Positions 37,128 to 49,999 of a stretch of 64,000 nucleotides of DNA are shown here, piece after piece. The position numbers and the translations under genes were made by a program. The stretch's first letter is position 1, and each line of letters begins with the position of its first letter. Source of the DNA: Eledone cirrhosa (lineage: Eukaryota); assembly GCA_964016885.1 (NCBI GenBank), contig OZ024741.1, positions 89,218,001-89,282,000 of the forward strand, given 5' to 3'. The notes under the pieces are model-generated. The model was not told the origin of the DNA. It ran no database searches and saw only the letters and a program-made list of their open reading frames with translations.

Positions 37128-37201
37128 TATTTCATCTGATGAGCGTACTTGACGTTTCTGGTAAGATCGTCTAGTTTTCTGAAACCTTTGGTAATGGAAT
37201 A
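37128..37201 (+). ncRNA. Type I hammerhead
   Basis: uauuucau-CUGAUGA-(imperfect stem II gacg/cguc)-GAAA CC uuu GG UA-auggaaua. Confidence 0.7.
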
Positions 37202-37639
37202 ATCATATTGTGTTGTTGATTATGTAATTATATATTATGTGTGTGTGTGCGTGTGTATGTGTGTGTGTGTATACATATATATACACACTGTTGAAGTGTG
37301 TATGCATTTTTGGGGGACACCCTGTGTATGTATATATATGTATATATATATATATATATAAAGTTATATCTGTATATATACAGAGTTGGTAACCGAGACT
37401 GAAATGTTTATACATACACATTTTTAATATGTAGACATATATATGTAAAAAAATACTGTTACCTACTATGTATATATACTGATATAACTTTATCGTACAC
37501 TACTACTTTACGCACTTCTTAATCTCTCTCTCTCTCTCTCTCTCAGTATACCAAGCGTGAACCTAATATAACTGTGTACAATTTCCTCCAGTGTCTTGTT
37601 CGTTCTTTTTCAATTATATATATATATATATATATACAA

Positions 37640-37827
37640 GATATTAATAAATGGAAACTATATTTATAAAACCATATTTATTTTATTATATATATTTCAA
37701 GGGCGATCAAGCCAATCTTGGTGCGCTTTCATCAGATAAAATACAAAATTTGTTTTATAAATAACGACATACCCATGGGAATCAACCTTAACGGTCGGAA
37801 ATTCTCTGGATAGTCAGAGAATTTCCG
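37640..37827 (-). mobile_element. Diverged single-arm relative of the 35864 palindrome, with hammerhead at 37679-37743
   Basis: Colinear with 35865-36045. Minus strand: uauuuuau-CUGAUGA-aagcgcaccaag..cuugaucgcccuu-GAAA-uauaua-UA-auaaaaua. Ends at a 13-bp hairpin (37796-37827). Confidence 0.8.
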
Positions 37828-37984
37828 TATCCACACACGGGAAAACGATACAGTGCAATGAATATTAGTAGAGAGAGAGAGAGATGCACACATAACTTTG
37901 ATAAGTTTCGACCAGCACTAACTTAATTTTAATAACACCACCTAGCCACGTCTTTAAAATCATATTTCAAAAATTATATTTTGG

Positions 37985-38300
37985 TCACCATTGCCCAACT
38001 GGAGTATGGGGTCATTGGCCATGTCATATCCAGGTGTAGCTGATTTATCTGGAATTTCATCAATAAATTTGTCCAGAAACCGTTCAAGGTCACGACATTT
38101 GTTTCTTCCTTGACTCGTTTTGGTATGGTTTTAAAGAGAGCAGAGCCAGTTGAGGTTAAATAGTTGTGTCGTAATGTTATGTGAATCGAGCGCGATTTTT
38201 GTAAGGGTAAAATTTATGAAATATTTTCCGTATCATACAAATGATATAGCGTTCACGGCGACGTTGGAGAGAATAGCGTAGGGATGTGTATGAGTTGTGT
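37985..38300 (-). mobile_element. CR1-group LINE 3' fragment
   Basis: LRYSLQRRRERYIICMIRKI motif. Confidence 0.65.
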
Positions 38301-39379
38301 TGTTGTTTTCTTTTTGGGGTGGGTGGGTGGATGGGTGGGGTGTAAGACGAGAAATCCCACAATAAAGAACTACTCCCAGACCGGGGACTATAATGTTGCT
38401 GTTACACATACACACATATATTAGACTGCATTAAAAAAATGCCACCATACTGATTAGGATGGAGTTGCTGACCAACACACTCCAGCCTCTGATTCGCAGA
38501 CAACTGTTTTCTCATTCTTCTTTTTCTACTGCCACTACAATGGCCTATGCTTCTCAGAGATTGTTGATCTCATACTACTTCTATTCAGACACTCCCACCA
38601 ATCTTGTTCCCTGTAATTGCCCTTCTCACTGTAGGTCCAGTACTACAACAGAAAGTTTTAGCTGTTTTATAGTTCTTATTTTTCACTTTTTTACTCTTCT
38701 TATTTATGCTTCTATTGCCTCTTGCTTCCCTTCTCGTTTTCATTTTTCTCTCTTTGTCTCTCACTTGATTTTGCGTCTTAATTGGAAGGGATATATGCCT
38801 GTCATGGCTTACTAGCTCTATACAGACGTTTAAATTGATTAAATAAATAAATAATAAATTTCTGACTTGTCTCTCCAGTTCTTCCTCTCCAGTCACCAGG
38901 AATACCCACCTCTCCATATGTTGTTGCAGCCAGCAATGTGTGGTATTCAAGAGGGGTATTGACCACATCGATCTCACTAATTTCGAAGATACTCTAAAGC
39001 CCTCCTTCAGATCTAGGAACAGGAATATTACCTGAACCTCGCAAGTTGACTCATATTGAGTCCAATCGAGGCATTTATTCACTGGAAGTGATCTTCAATT
39101 AATTAGAAAATAGTTGGAGTTATGACCAATATATATGTATAAAAAAATGTTTTCTAATTTAGGTACAAGGTCAACAATTGGGGGGGGGAGGGGGTAGAAG
39201 AAAGTCGATTATGCTAACCCTACTTCTTTATCGGGATTTTATTTTATCGACCCCAGAAGGATGAAAAGCAAAGTTGATCTTCACGGACTTTGAAATCAGA
39301 ATGGAGTCCTAACGAAATGCGGTAATGCATACATTTTATCTGACGTATTACGAATCCCGAATATACTCTCCTCTCCCTT

Positions 39380-39840
39380 CTTCTTCTCCATTTATTCCCG
39401 AGAGGATCATGGGGGTAGAATCCTCAAACACTGGGTCTTCTCCCGGGTGGTTTTGCCCGTGAAATCTGCTCAGCGATTCTTTCCTGGGACATTCTTACCA
39501 CATTCCCATAGTATCAGATCTGTGATCTCTCAATTTGGAGAAGTAGTGACACTATCTGGAGTGACTCTCCGATCAAGTAACTCACTCTGTCGAGTAATGT
39601 TACTCCAAAGACTCTTCGGAGGAACCACATTTCGCCCGCTTGTCTTCGCGATCGTTTTCTTTGGTCATTACCCAAGATTCATGACCATAGATAAGGGTTG
39701 GCACGAATACCAAATTGAAGATAGCGAGTTTGGCTTTTACACCTACCTCCCTTCTTCTGATTACTGAATGCTGAAGCTGGCACATTACTGCACCATCTCC
39801 TGTAATTCTTGGACTTAATTCAGCTTCCTGCCTTCCATCA
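39380..39840 (-). mobile_element. RTE LINE fragment
   Basis: KAKLAIFNLVFVPTLIYGHESW; 3' GRP-type end with an (AGA)n tail. Confidence 0.7.
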
Positions 39841-39879
39841 CGCAGATGATATTAACATTCTTCCCTAACTTTCCCCACC

Positions 39880-40680
39880 CAAACATTCTCTTCAGACAAC
39901 TTAGACACCCCCTAACAAATCTGTACAGATTCCATGAACAGAGGCCTCGAGAGCATTATTCAATGAAATCATACTAAATGTGTCTCGTTAAAACAAAACA
40001 AAACAAACAACAAGAAAACAAAAATAAATAATAAACACTGTTAATATCAAGAGAGCATTAACGGCATCCTACCCACTTAAACATGAAGATTAGAACCCTC
40101 AAATTCGCTTTAATTGTTAGGCCTCAGTATCACTGAAGATCTCACAGGCGAACGAACACTCTAAATATAGCTAGAACTGAATCTAAATAATTGGCCCTTC
40201 TCTTCAGAGCCAGAAAATTCTTCAGCCTCCAACATTTCTGACCTTCTACATAGCTCGGCCAAACCCACAATTAAGTACCACTGCCACACACAAACATCAT
40301 AGAACGCACCCAGAAAAAAGCCATTCATTAGATTAGCATAAAATTACTGACAGATACACACTTCAGTCTCTGACCCAAAGACGTTCTGTCTCCTCTCTGC
40401 AGTTTCTACCGCTATTACAATGGCTTTTGCTCCTCAGTTCTGGTTGACTTCGTGCCACCTTCACCCAGGCACTCCCACCTCGTGTATCTTTATCCTTCTC
40501 GTCACCTATTCTGTGCCAAACACCCAACCCCCGACCCCGCAACAATCACTATGTTTAGTTTTTCCCTTACCCCGCAGAACTCGTATTTCGAAAATACAGA
40601 AGTTGACCTGCAGCAATTCAAACTGAACATCACCAACATCCATCTTGTTGGTCTTATGAGTGCACGTAAACTTCATTGAC
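39880..40680 (+). mobile_element. Decayed Jockey/CR1-group LINE fragment
   Basis: FYRYYNG(F)CS motif near 40400. A related fragment lies at ~38430-38660. Confidence 0.5.
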
Positions 40681-43021
40681 GCAACTACAGATTAGAAAAT
40701 AATTGTTTCTACTTTTGGCACAAGGCCAGCAATTACCCAGTGTATTACTGGTACTTTATTTTATCGACCCCGTAAGGATGAAAGGCAAAGTTAACCTTGG
40801 CGGGATTTGAAAATAATAATAATAAAGTTAACCTTGGCGGGATTAGAAAATAATAATAATAAAGTAGCTAGAAACAGCAACTGGCAACCCTGCGAGAATA
40901 TAACGGTAGAAAAACAGCCATTTGTATCCCGATAAGCGCCTCAAGCGGGAGCTGGTCTATACGGCAAATGTTTGGGGCATGAGCGACACACAAAGAACTC
41001 ATATCAGCCTTACTGAGAATTTATTTAAGCTTCAATTTAGACAGTCTAAGTATTCAAAACAAGAATCAGTAAAATTCTATCTGGTTATCAAAACAATATG
41101 TGGTAGCTAAAAGATAGATGAATATAGCCTCAAAAGCACATAAATACAACAATATAATGGGTACGGCAGTAAATATAACCTGTGTGTCTCCGCATTTTTC
41201 TTAATAATATTTGAGACAGAAAAAAAAGGCTATGAAATTCAATTTGAAAGCTTTTAAGCATATTCGTGTCTGGCATTTTCTTTGGAGCATATTCCTGCTG
41301 TTTAGGAATATGCTAAATAATGCCACCCGACTCTCAACATTCACGTCCCTGTATGTCTTAGCATTCACAGCATATTTCTTTCTCATCCTCGTAGTTCCCT
41401 ATGATTTGTCGCAGCTCACTCCAATCACGCTCCTTTCTGTCTTTTTCTTTCATTTTCTGACCCTAACTTATAATCTAGTTCTTCCGTACTCGCTTCAATA
41501 TTTACCTCCCGTCCCAATCTTCATAATGAGTTACCTTAACTGTATAGTAGTGTTTTTGCTAACTGGAATCTTTCCCCATCCTAATATAGAATGTCGCAAC
41601 GAGTCAATACATACACATTCAAAATCCGACGTAAATATTACATGCTATAGTTTCACATGTGAATGAATAGAGCACAAGTTTGGTACTATAACTCCTTGAA
41701 ATTTAATTGACACTCCGCATTATGCTTTGGGAAGTTACAAAAGTTCTAGTTATTCCTTTGGTCATTTAATGGCCTAACTGGATTGCCAAACAATAGTGGT
41801 ATCTCTACCCTTGAATCTAACAGAATGTCCTATATATTCTAGAACAATCCCTTCACACATAAGTATGCAATGAATACAATCGCATGCGGAATTTAAAAGA
41901 TCCATAAGTCTACCATTCAAAAACGATAAGTAAAGTTGGTAAAGTAGACCCATGCTCCTGCATATATGGACAAGGCGCGAGAATGTAAAGAATGTATGTA
42001 TCCTTTATAGCTTTTTCTGAGACGTTTTTTTTTTTAAATCATTTTGTCGTATGTATGGCTCTATGATGCAGGTGGTATTTTAGAAGTGCACAAATCTTTG
42101 AGGCAGGTGCCATAATCAAAGTGAATTTGAGAAACATTTGTAAGGGCTATTTATAGCATTTTGTCTTTTAACCACCATTAACTATGTAAGCGCATGTAGT
42201 ATTTAATACAAAATGTAAACTTACTGCACAAAATTAGATTTAGAAGTATACAAGCAAGGGTCAATTGCACGTTAAAATAATCACTGTTTGACGGAAGCCA
42301 TGCCTTATACAATGGGTGAATTACGATGTCTATGAACAAAGAAGAATGTTTGTGTTGGGGCTGGGAGCTGATATATACATCAAATTATTCTGTAGCTCGG
42401 TAAACTACTTGAATTTTGTCAATATCCAGATTGGCGAAAGACAGTTAAGAAATAAATCCAATTTGTAGAATTCTGGTTATCATAGGAAAAAAAAAACGGG
42501 CACATGTATGTAATCTGAAATTAATGTTGGTAACCTCTAGGTAAATAATATTAATAACAGTAAAAGTAAGGCAACTTGTGGACATATATTTTAGCTAATA
42601 TAGGCTTCCATAAGTTCTTATAATATTAGCTCTGAGAAATTTGATCGTAACTTCAGTAAATAAATAGGGAAATCACGTGTGTAGTTTGTCAACCAGTTTA
42701 GAAGATGGCTATATTTCTAATGAAATAGACTTGTTCCACCGCCCCTGTCACACTAACTAATGTTTTCATCCCGGTGTGGGAAATCTAATGGCGTAGAAAT
42801 AGCAGTTGTGTTTATAAGTGTTGGTTTGTGTGCAGAATGCAGCTAAATAGGGTTTTGTCACATGGATGGGTGGTTGGTTTCTAATTTCAATTGACTTAAA
42901 AAAAAAAAAGTATGTGAATGCATATTCGTTTGCGTGTTTGTGAATGCGTATATGTATGTGTGTATACCTATAAATATATACATACATACAAACATACGCA
43001 TATATTTATATATCTTTCATT

Positions 43022-43683
43022 GGCATTGGTCAAGTTTAACGTCCTCGAAATTGAAAGTGGATTTTTTGACAAGTGAATGTGTTTGTTGTTTTTTTTACAA
43101 TGAAATTTACGATACACTCTTTGTTTATTTACAACAGGTCTCTATAGTGATATGGTGTTAATTAGTATTGCGTGTGTGATTATTTTCTCTTATATATATA
43201 TGTGTGGGTGTGTATATGTGTGTATATATATGTGTGTCTGTATGTATATATATATGTGTGTTTGTATATATATATGTGTTTGCGTCATCATCATCGTTTA
43301 GATGTTTTTGTAATATCTTGCCAAAGTTGGCACCAACTATAAACAAATTAAGGCCGGGTCATAAGAAGGACAGAGAATGATAAGGGATTTGGGTAAAAAC
43401 GTCTAAACGATGATGATGACACAAACACACATATATATACAAACACACATATATATATACATACAGACACACATATATATATACACATATACACACCCAC
43501 ACATATATATATAAGAGAAAATAATCACACACGCAATACTAATTAACACCATATCACTATAGAGACCTGTTGTAAATAAACAAAGAGTGTATCGTAACTT
43601 TCATTGTAAAAAACAAAACAAAACACATTCACTTGTCAGAAAATCCACTTTCAATTTCGAGGACGTTAAACTTAACCAATGCC
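43022..43683. mobile_element. Mutator/Foldback-type element: ~290-bp TIRs, ~85-bp spacer, 9-bp TSD
   Basis: Termini ggcattgg..ccaatgcc. TSD tctttcatt at 43013-43021 and 43684-43692. The arms include mirrored microsatellite. Confidence 0.9.
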
Positions 43684-43689
43684 TCTTTC

Positions 43690-43750
<61 letters not shown>

Positions 43751-44160
43751 GGTAAAAAAACCGGGAGGTCATATCCGTACTAAGTCCAAAGCACGAGTTC
43801 GGTATAGAGTTAGTTACACAGAGTAACCAATTTCATCATACAGACATAATAAATATTTAAACTACTTTGGTATTGTGTACTCATTCTCACCTCTGTCAAT
43901 ATCGCACACACACAGACACATAATCACAAAGTCAGGATACTCAGTGTGGGTTGAAATTCCGTTCGGTGAAACACGCGTCCTCGAGTATGGTTTTCTAATT
44001 TGTAGTGTAACCCCCCCCCTCTCTCTACACACACATATATATTGTTATATTTGGGGAGGGTCATATTGTTAGAAATAATAATAAAACATTCAATTCTGGC
44101 AATATTATACCCAAATATAACAATATTTGTTTCAACACACGATTTTATATAAAAAACCTC

Positions 44161-44196
<36 letters not shown>

Positions 44197-44435
44197 ATAA
44201 TGTATATGTATATATATATATATAATATACACACACACACATATGTACATATATATAAGTTAAAACAATGAAATAAAAAATCCAGTCATTAGAGATATAC
44301 TTCACTGCTTTACAATCGTTTCTAGATGGTGATAATACATTGTATCTATACTCAGTTATTGATCTATGTAAGTTTACAAACTATCAGATAGAGAAAATAT
44401 ATATCACACACACATATGTACATATATATATATAT

Positions 44436-44628
44436 AACGAAGGAAATGTGGTAAGGAACCAGGTGGACCATAACGCACCAAAGTACTCAATACTTAGGGT
44501 AGTAAAGTGGGTAATAAGAACGAGTAGGACCCCGACGGCTGAGCTCAAGCAGTTTCGACGGCTAATTTAGTCCAGAATTAGCCGTCGAAACGGCTTGAGC
44601 TCAGCCGTCGGGGTCCTACTCGTTCCTA
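44436..44628 (-). mobile_element. Family-H1 half-hammerhead fold-back element
   Basis: Hairpin ~44515-44628 centred on gacggctaatt-tagtccag-aattagccgtc, followed by GAAACGGC..GCCGTC. Confidence 0.75.
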
Positions 44629-45517
44629 TATATATATATATATATCTGTGTTACAAATATATATACATACGCACACACATGTGTGCATAAACAAATTACT
44701 AGGAAAAGGAGACAAAAAAAAAGGAAAATATAGACAATCGATTATAATTTATATTCGGAATTGAAGTAGAAACACTGCTTTCAACAAACAGCTTTAGATC
44801 TAAGGGAGATCACTCTAATTTACTTCTGGTTGAAATATTTGATAATTATTTCAAAACCGCATACACGTTTTTTTATAATTTCCAGTTGTATGCGTTGTGG
44901 CTGCACATACACTCTCATGCCCCCCCCCCCCCCCCCGGTAATCATATACTCATGTGTTTGCATATTAATGCGTACGTATATGCGTGTGTGTATGTGTTTA
45001 CAAGTGATTGTGTGGGTGTGTGTGTCCTCCATTCATTTTGTTATAACGTCTCTTTTGCTAGTTATAGCGAGTTTGGTGCTAGGATGGATGGTGGTGTTGA
45101 TTCGGTTGTTGTGTATGTACTCACTTGTGGATTGCTCAGTGATGTGGTCATTGTGGTGTAGAGTGTAGGCGAAGGAAGATCAACGTGCCTGATACAGTAT
45201 GACCAGAGATTGCGGGTGTGCAAATAAGTGAGTAACAGTTTCATTATGATGATGATATGATGATTTCTTGGATAAATGATTTACCCTGCTCATATAAATG
45301 AAATAAACCACAATAACACAAAGCCCCTGTGTTACTAATTTATTAAATATAACTTGCGTTTAAGTTATACGACAATACATGAAGAACAAATAACCACAGT
45401 TGAATTGTGGTTATAACAGATATATGATATGTATGTGTGTTTGCCTGCAAAAGTATTATGAAAGGTGTATTTACCAAATTTCCGTTGATGGGATGAATTT
45501 CGCTGCCCAGGCCAAGG

Positions 45518-45552
<35 letters not shown>

Positions 45553-45859
45553 TCAAAGGGATCAGTGTGTGAGGCTGTTGACTACTACATCTTAGCTAGT
45601 TGGAATGAACTCTGTAACTGCTGGGGTTGACTATGGGGTCAGGCTATTTATCAGTATTCCATTTTTTTTGTCTCTGGGACATGCACGAGAATGAGCAGGT
45701 GGCCATTTGATATGTCAAAGTCTCAGACATGGTGGCGACTCAAAAACTCATTCACAATAGAAACTTATTCACGAGACTACGAAGGTCAGTTTAATGGTGG
45801 CCACTTGATAGTGTGAAAGAAACTCTATTGAGGAGAGTATCAACTTACTACTACAATGT

Positions 45860-47665
45860 CAGGTCACTCTCGGGTGCTACTGGTAACATGTAACCCGGTA
45901 CAAACTATTGCATGGTCAGGTCATTGGCAGCTAAATCGGCAACCCCACTAAGCTTACTTTGTGAGAAAGATGACTTTTGGATATCCTGTGGGATGAAAAA
46001 CACAACCCAGCAATGAGCAGAGGCACTCATGAGAGTCAATGGCCATCCAATATTGTATATGTATATATTGTGTGTGAAAGGTGTTTATGTATATGAAATG
46101 TATATTATATTATTCTATCTTGTCTATTTATATATATATATTGTATATTATTATTTTAATGGATATCATTATTTTATAACTCTGGTATAATACCATGTCT
46201 CTGATTGTTGAAAGGCTCCTTAACAGAGCCATACAATCAGTAATCTCTGATTCATAGGGTATTCTTGACTGCATAGTTTGGCTAGGGCAACTAGCCTAGG
46301 AGATGGTAAACTCTGAAATAAAAGCATGAGGACCCTGAACTTCTTGGTCTTGTCAGAATCTCGCTCTCTACCATTGTTTTATTGATCTCAGTAAAGCATT
46401 TGGTACTATTAATAAAAATGCCTTGTGGTTAGTTTTGTCTAAATTTGGATACCTCCAAAAGTTTGTAAATATATTGTAAGCTTTACAGACATGAGAGCCT
46501 GAGTTAAACTGGTATGAAACAGAGATTTTGATGCACTTGCTCTCTTTGCAATGTAATTTGCTGCCATGCTTTATCATGCTTTCCAAAACAACAATAAAAG
46601 GATATATGTACCACAGGAAATGTCTTTAATTTAGCAAGGATGAAATTTAAGACTAAAGTGTTCACCTCTCTAATAAGAAGCCTACTGTATGCTGATGACT
46701 ATTTAGAGTCTTGAGTCTGGTCACAAAGACAGATCAACAATGAAACAAAAATATCTGTGTGTTATCCTCACTTCTGAGCATGGATAACAATTGTTGATTT
46801 GTGTATTTGATTTGGCATGGAATATCTTTGGTTTGACTATAAATTTAAAGAGAATGGTAGTTTTGTGTCAACCTGCACCTGGACAAGTTGTGCAACAACC
46901 TAAAGTATATGTGAAAGGTAATCTTAAGGTTGTTGAATCCTTCATATACTTTGGGAGTGCAGTGCATAAAGATAGAACATTAGATTCAGAAATATCTCTA
47001 AGGATTCAAAAGGTAACAAAATCTGTAGGTTGTTTAGAGTCTTGAGTCTGGTCACAAAGACAGATCAACAATGAAACAAAAATATCTGTCTGTTATCCTC
47101 ACTTCTGTACTCCTCTGAAACTTGGATGTGTTACAAACATCACTTTAGACTCATGGAATGATTCCATAAAAAATGAAATCTTATGCCGTACTCTGAAAAT
47201 GAAATAGAATTCATTCACTCCTCACTCCTGGCTCTGATGTTCTAGCTGCATCTGGTATTTGTTCTATCCAGGCAATAAATTTGAAAAACCAACTGTGATA
47301 ATCTGGACATATTGTCTACATGGCTGATGTGTGTACTTCTAAGCAATTGTTTTATGGTGAACTTGTTGAGGGGAAAAAGGAAACAGTGTAAGCCAAAAAA
47401 GGAGGTTCAAGGATGCATTCAAGGACCCGAAGAATGTAGGAATTGATGTAGGAACTTATCTAGTAGTTCACCCTTATCAATGCCACATGTCACAAGATTT
47501 GGAGGTCTGAGGAGACATTTCAAAGTTCATCAAGATCCAACACCACATGTAGTTGAAGCTGCACCAAATCTAATGTGCAATTTATGTGGACGACTTTTTA
47601 AAAGTATGTCTGGTCTAAAAAGCCACATAAGATCTCATGCCAAAATTGAGCATCATGTACACTGA
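45860..47665 (+). mobile_element. Decayed RTE (BovB-like) LINE with 5'-UTR remnants and C-terminal C2H2 finger
   Basis: FGLTINLKR, VVESFIYFGS..LDSEISLRIQK and CNLCGRLFKSMSGLKSHIRSH. Internal 73-bp duplication at 46703/47033. Confidence 0.7.
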
Positions 47666-49946
47666 AGATTTCAAGCTTACTGAGCCTAGATACTATTTAA
47701 ATGGGCAACTGCTTGGTAAACTAAGTATCTATTCTTAATGAATATATGTAGTATACATACATATATATATATAGAGAGAGAGAGTACGTAATACAGACAT
47801 CTGTTATCCTCGTACCAGTAATTGGTGCAGGTTGGTGTTTGTTTTGCTGGGAGGATTGGGATGATTTGGAAGGACTTGTGGAGTTTACATTTGCTTGAGT
47901 TTGTGGGTGACTTTGGTTTAAATCTGGTTGTATTTATGTCGATGGTCTTAGTTATGCACATACATTCATACATACATGTGTTTTCATCAGAAGGTATGTA
48001 TGATATCTAAACAATCACAAAAAAAGTACTTGTTAGAGCATTGGACAAAATGCTTTGTGACATTTAGTTATAGCCCTTTTCATCCTGAGTTCAAATCCTG
48101 CCATGGTCAACTTTGCCTTTCATCCTTCTTGAGTTGATAAAAAAAAAGAACCAGTAAAGTTCTGGGATCCAAACCATTTATTTAATTGATCTTTGAAGAT
48201 TGGAATAGTAAAGTTGACTCAAGCAGAAATTAGTTTCTTACATTGGAACAAAGCCACAGATCGATAAAGAAGAAATATACTTGACAAAATTAACGCTTTT
48301 GATACCAACCTGCCTAAAACTGCTCTAGTTTCATGACACAAAACTCCACATTTTAAAATGTTCATACTTAATATTAAAACCTCCCATCTTAATTTTATTT
48401 AAAATATCTTTAAGTAATGTTCTAAACATCGGCTTACTAATGAAAAATTTTAGTTATTTTATTAAACTCCTTCAAATTTTTGATAATTTTCAAAATATAT
48501 TGAAACAGATAGGCAGTAATTTTATTAGAAATAAATTAATGAAAAGAAATTTGAACTCAAAGGCATAATGAAACATGATTAAACTCCATCAAACAAAGGG
48601 TAAAGAGGACCCTAGTGTGGATGCCATGATAAAATGTACTCATTACACTCTATAAAGTACAGGAATGTATGGAAGTGCAATGTGCCTCCTGGCATATCTG
48701 AGAGGTCAGTGGCTCATGACTTGGTCTCTGACAACATATCCAACCCTTGCTAGCAGGGAAAAATAAATGTTAAATGATGATAATGAAGATATTTAGTTTA
48801 GCTCTTTACCATATCTCTGACTCCACCAATCTTTATCATAACAAGGAAAATAAAAACTCCACAGAAGACTTGGTAAAATGTATTTATTTTTACTACATAT
48901 AGCTCCCCGCTCTCCAACCCAGAGTGTTACATACACGTACACATATATGTTCATTTATACACTTTAATGTATAAATAGTTATACATAAGTCACTGAGGAA
49001 GTCTATATATGGTCATTCAACCTGCTAAAAATATGAAATCTTCCTCTAAAAATAAATGAAATCTTAAAAAAGGATACATTGGATAATCTAGTCCCAGATA
49101 TACTATGCTTGAAAAAAGAAATTATGAGCTGGTCATGGCTGCAATACCTTTAATTATAGATCTGATGAAGATGTGTTGATCTGGAGCTAAACAACAATAA
49201 CATTTGCACATACACACGCACACATTTGTATTCCTAATTCACTATATGGGCATCTACACACATATATATATATAAACATACACTTCTATATAAAATTCAG
49301 ATGTACATGTAGGTCTAAACACAAACCAGTATATATTCCTCTTTACACACATACACGTTTGCATTCAAACAATGAGGTGCTGGGTGAGAATTATTCACAG
49401 TTGTATTGCAAGTCTGGCAACCAATAGCAACATAACAGAGGAGAGCTTTCTGTCAAATGTTCCACCACTTGTTACTGAAACTAGAAAAATAAGATAATAG
49501 AAAAACATTTAAAAAAGAAAAATATTTGTTACTCAACAGACATATACAATAATAAAAGTATCTTTAAAAAAATAATAACCAGGGAGAAAGAAAAAAAGAT
49601 GAAAAAGGAAGAGAAAGAAAGAACAATTAAATAAAAAAAAGAAAGGGAGAAGGGAGAGGAAACTCTATACCCTTGTCTGGGCAGTACATCTCCGTAGACA
49701 AGATGGTGAAAGCATTGCTACAGAAAACAGCCAGCAACACCTACTGCCTCAACCATTTCAACTCACGGAGGCTCTCTCCTCAATCCCTGGAGTTGGACAG
49801 CAACTGGAACAAAAACGAAGTGTTTGGTATTTGATTATCTTCTGCTCTTCCGCGTTCATCATCATTTTGATTTTATGTTGACTTTTTTGTGCTGCGACTT
49901 TTTGAGAATGTTTTACACACCAACCCTTTTAGTTACTTTTATTATA

Positions 49947-49963
49947 TCAATAATAAAAAATGT
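49947..49963 (-). CDS. Cys-rich gene, probable terminal coding exon (DIFYY*)
   Basis: Long pyrimidine tract ending ..ttcttagttacag. Phase 1 matches the donor at 53456. An alternative AG 6 nt upstream gives VTDIFYY*. Confidence 0.4.
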
Positions 49964-49999
49964 CTGTAACTAAGAATGAAAGATAAAAGATAAAAACAT

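Noticed and set aside
41211-41666. 151-aa hydrophobic ORF as a membrane protein
   Set aside because: The opposite strand resembles a decayed LINE APE endonuclease (KTYRDVNVESRVAL), and T-richness explains the hydrophobicity.
47560-47640. C2H2 zinc finger (CNLCGRLFKSMSGLKSHIRSH) as a host ZNF gene
   Set aside because: It is a single finger at the end of a decayed RTE ORF, where such a finger is a usual feature.
49697-49881. Plus-strand frame ending in a TM/GPI-like tail (..RSVWYLIIFCSSAFIIILILC*)
   Set aside because: The upstream sequence is purine-rich with a weak acceptor, and no partner exons were found. It more likely lies in the 3' UTR of the minus-strand gene, though it is not fully excluded.
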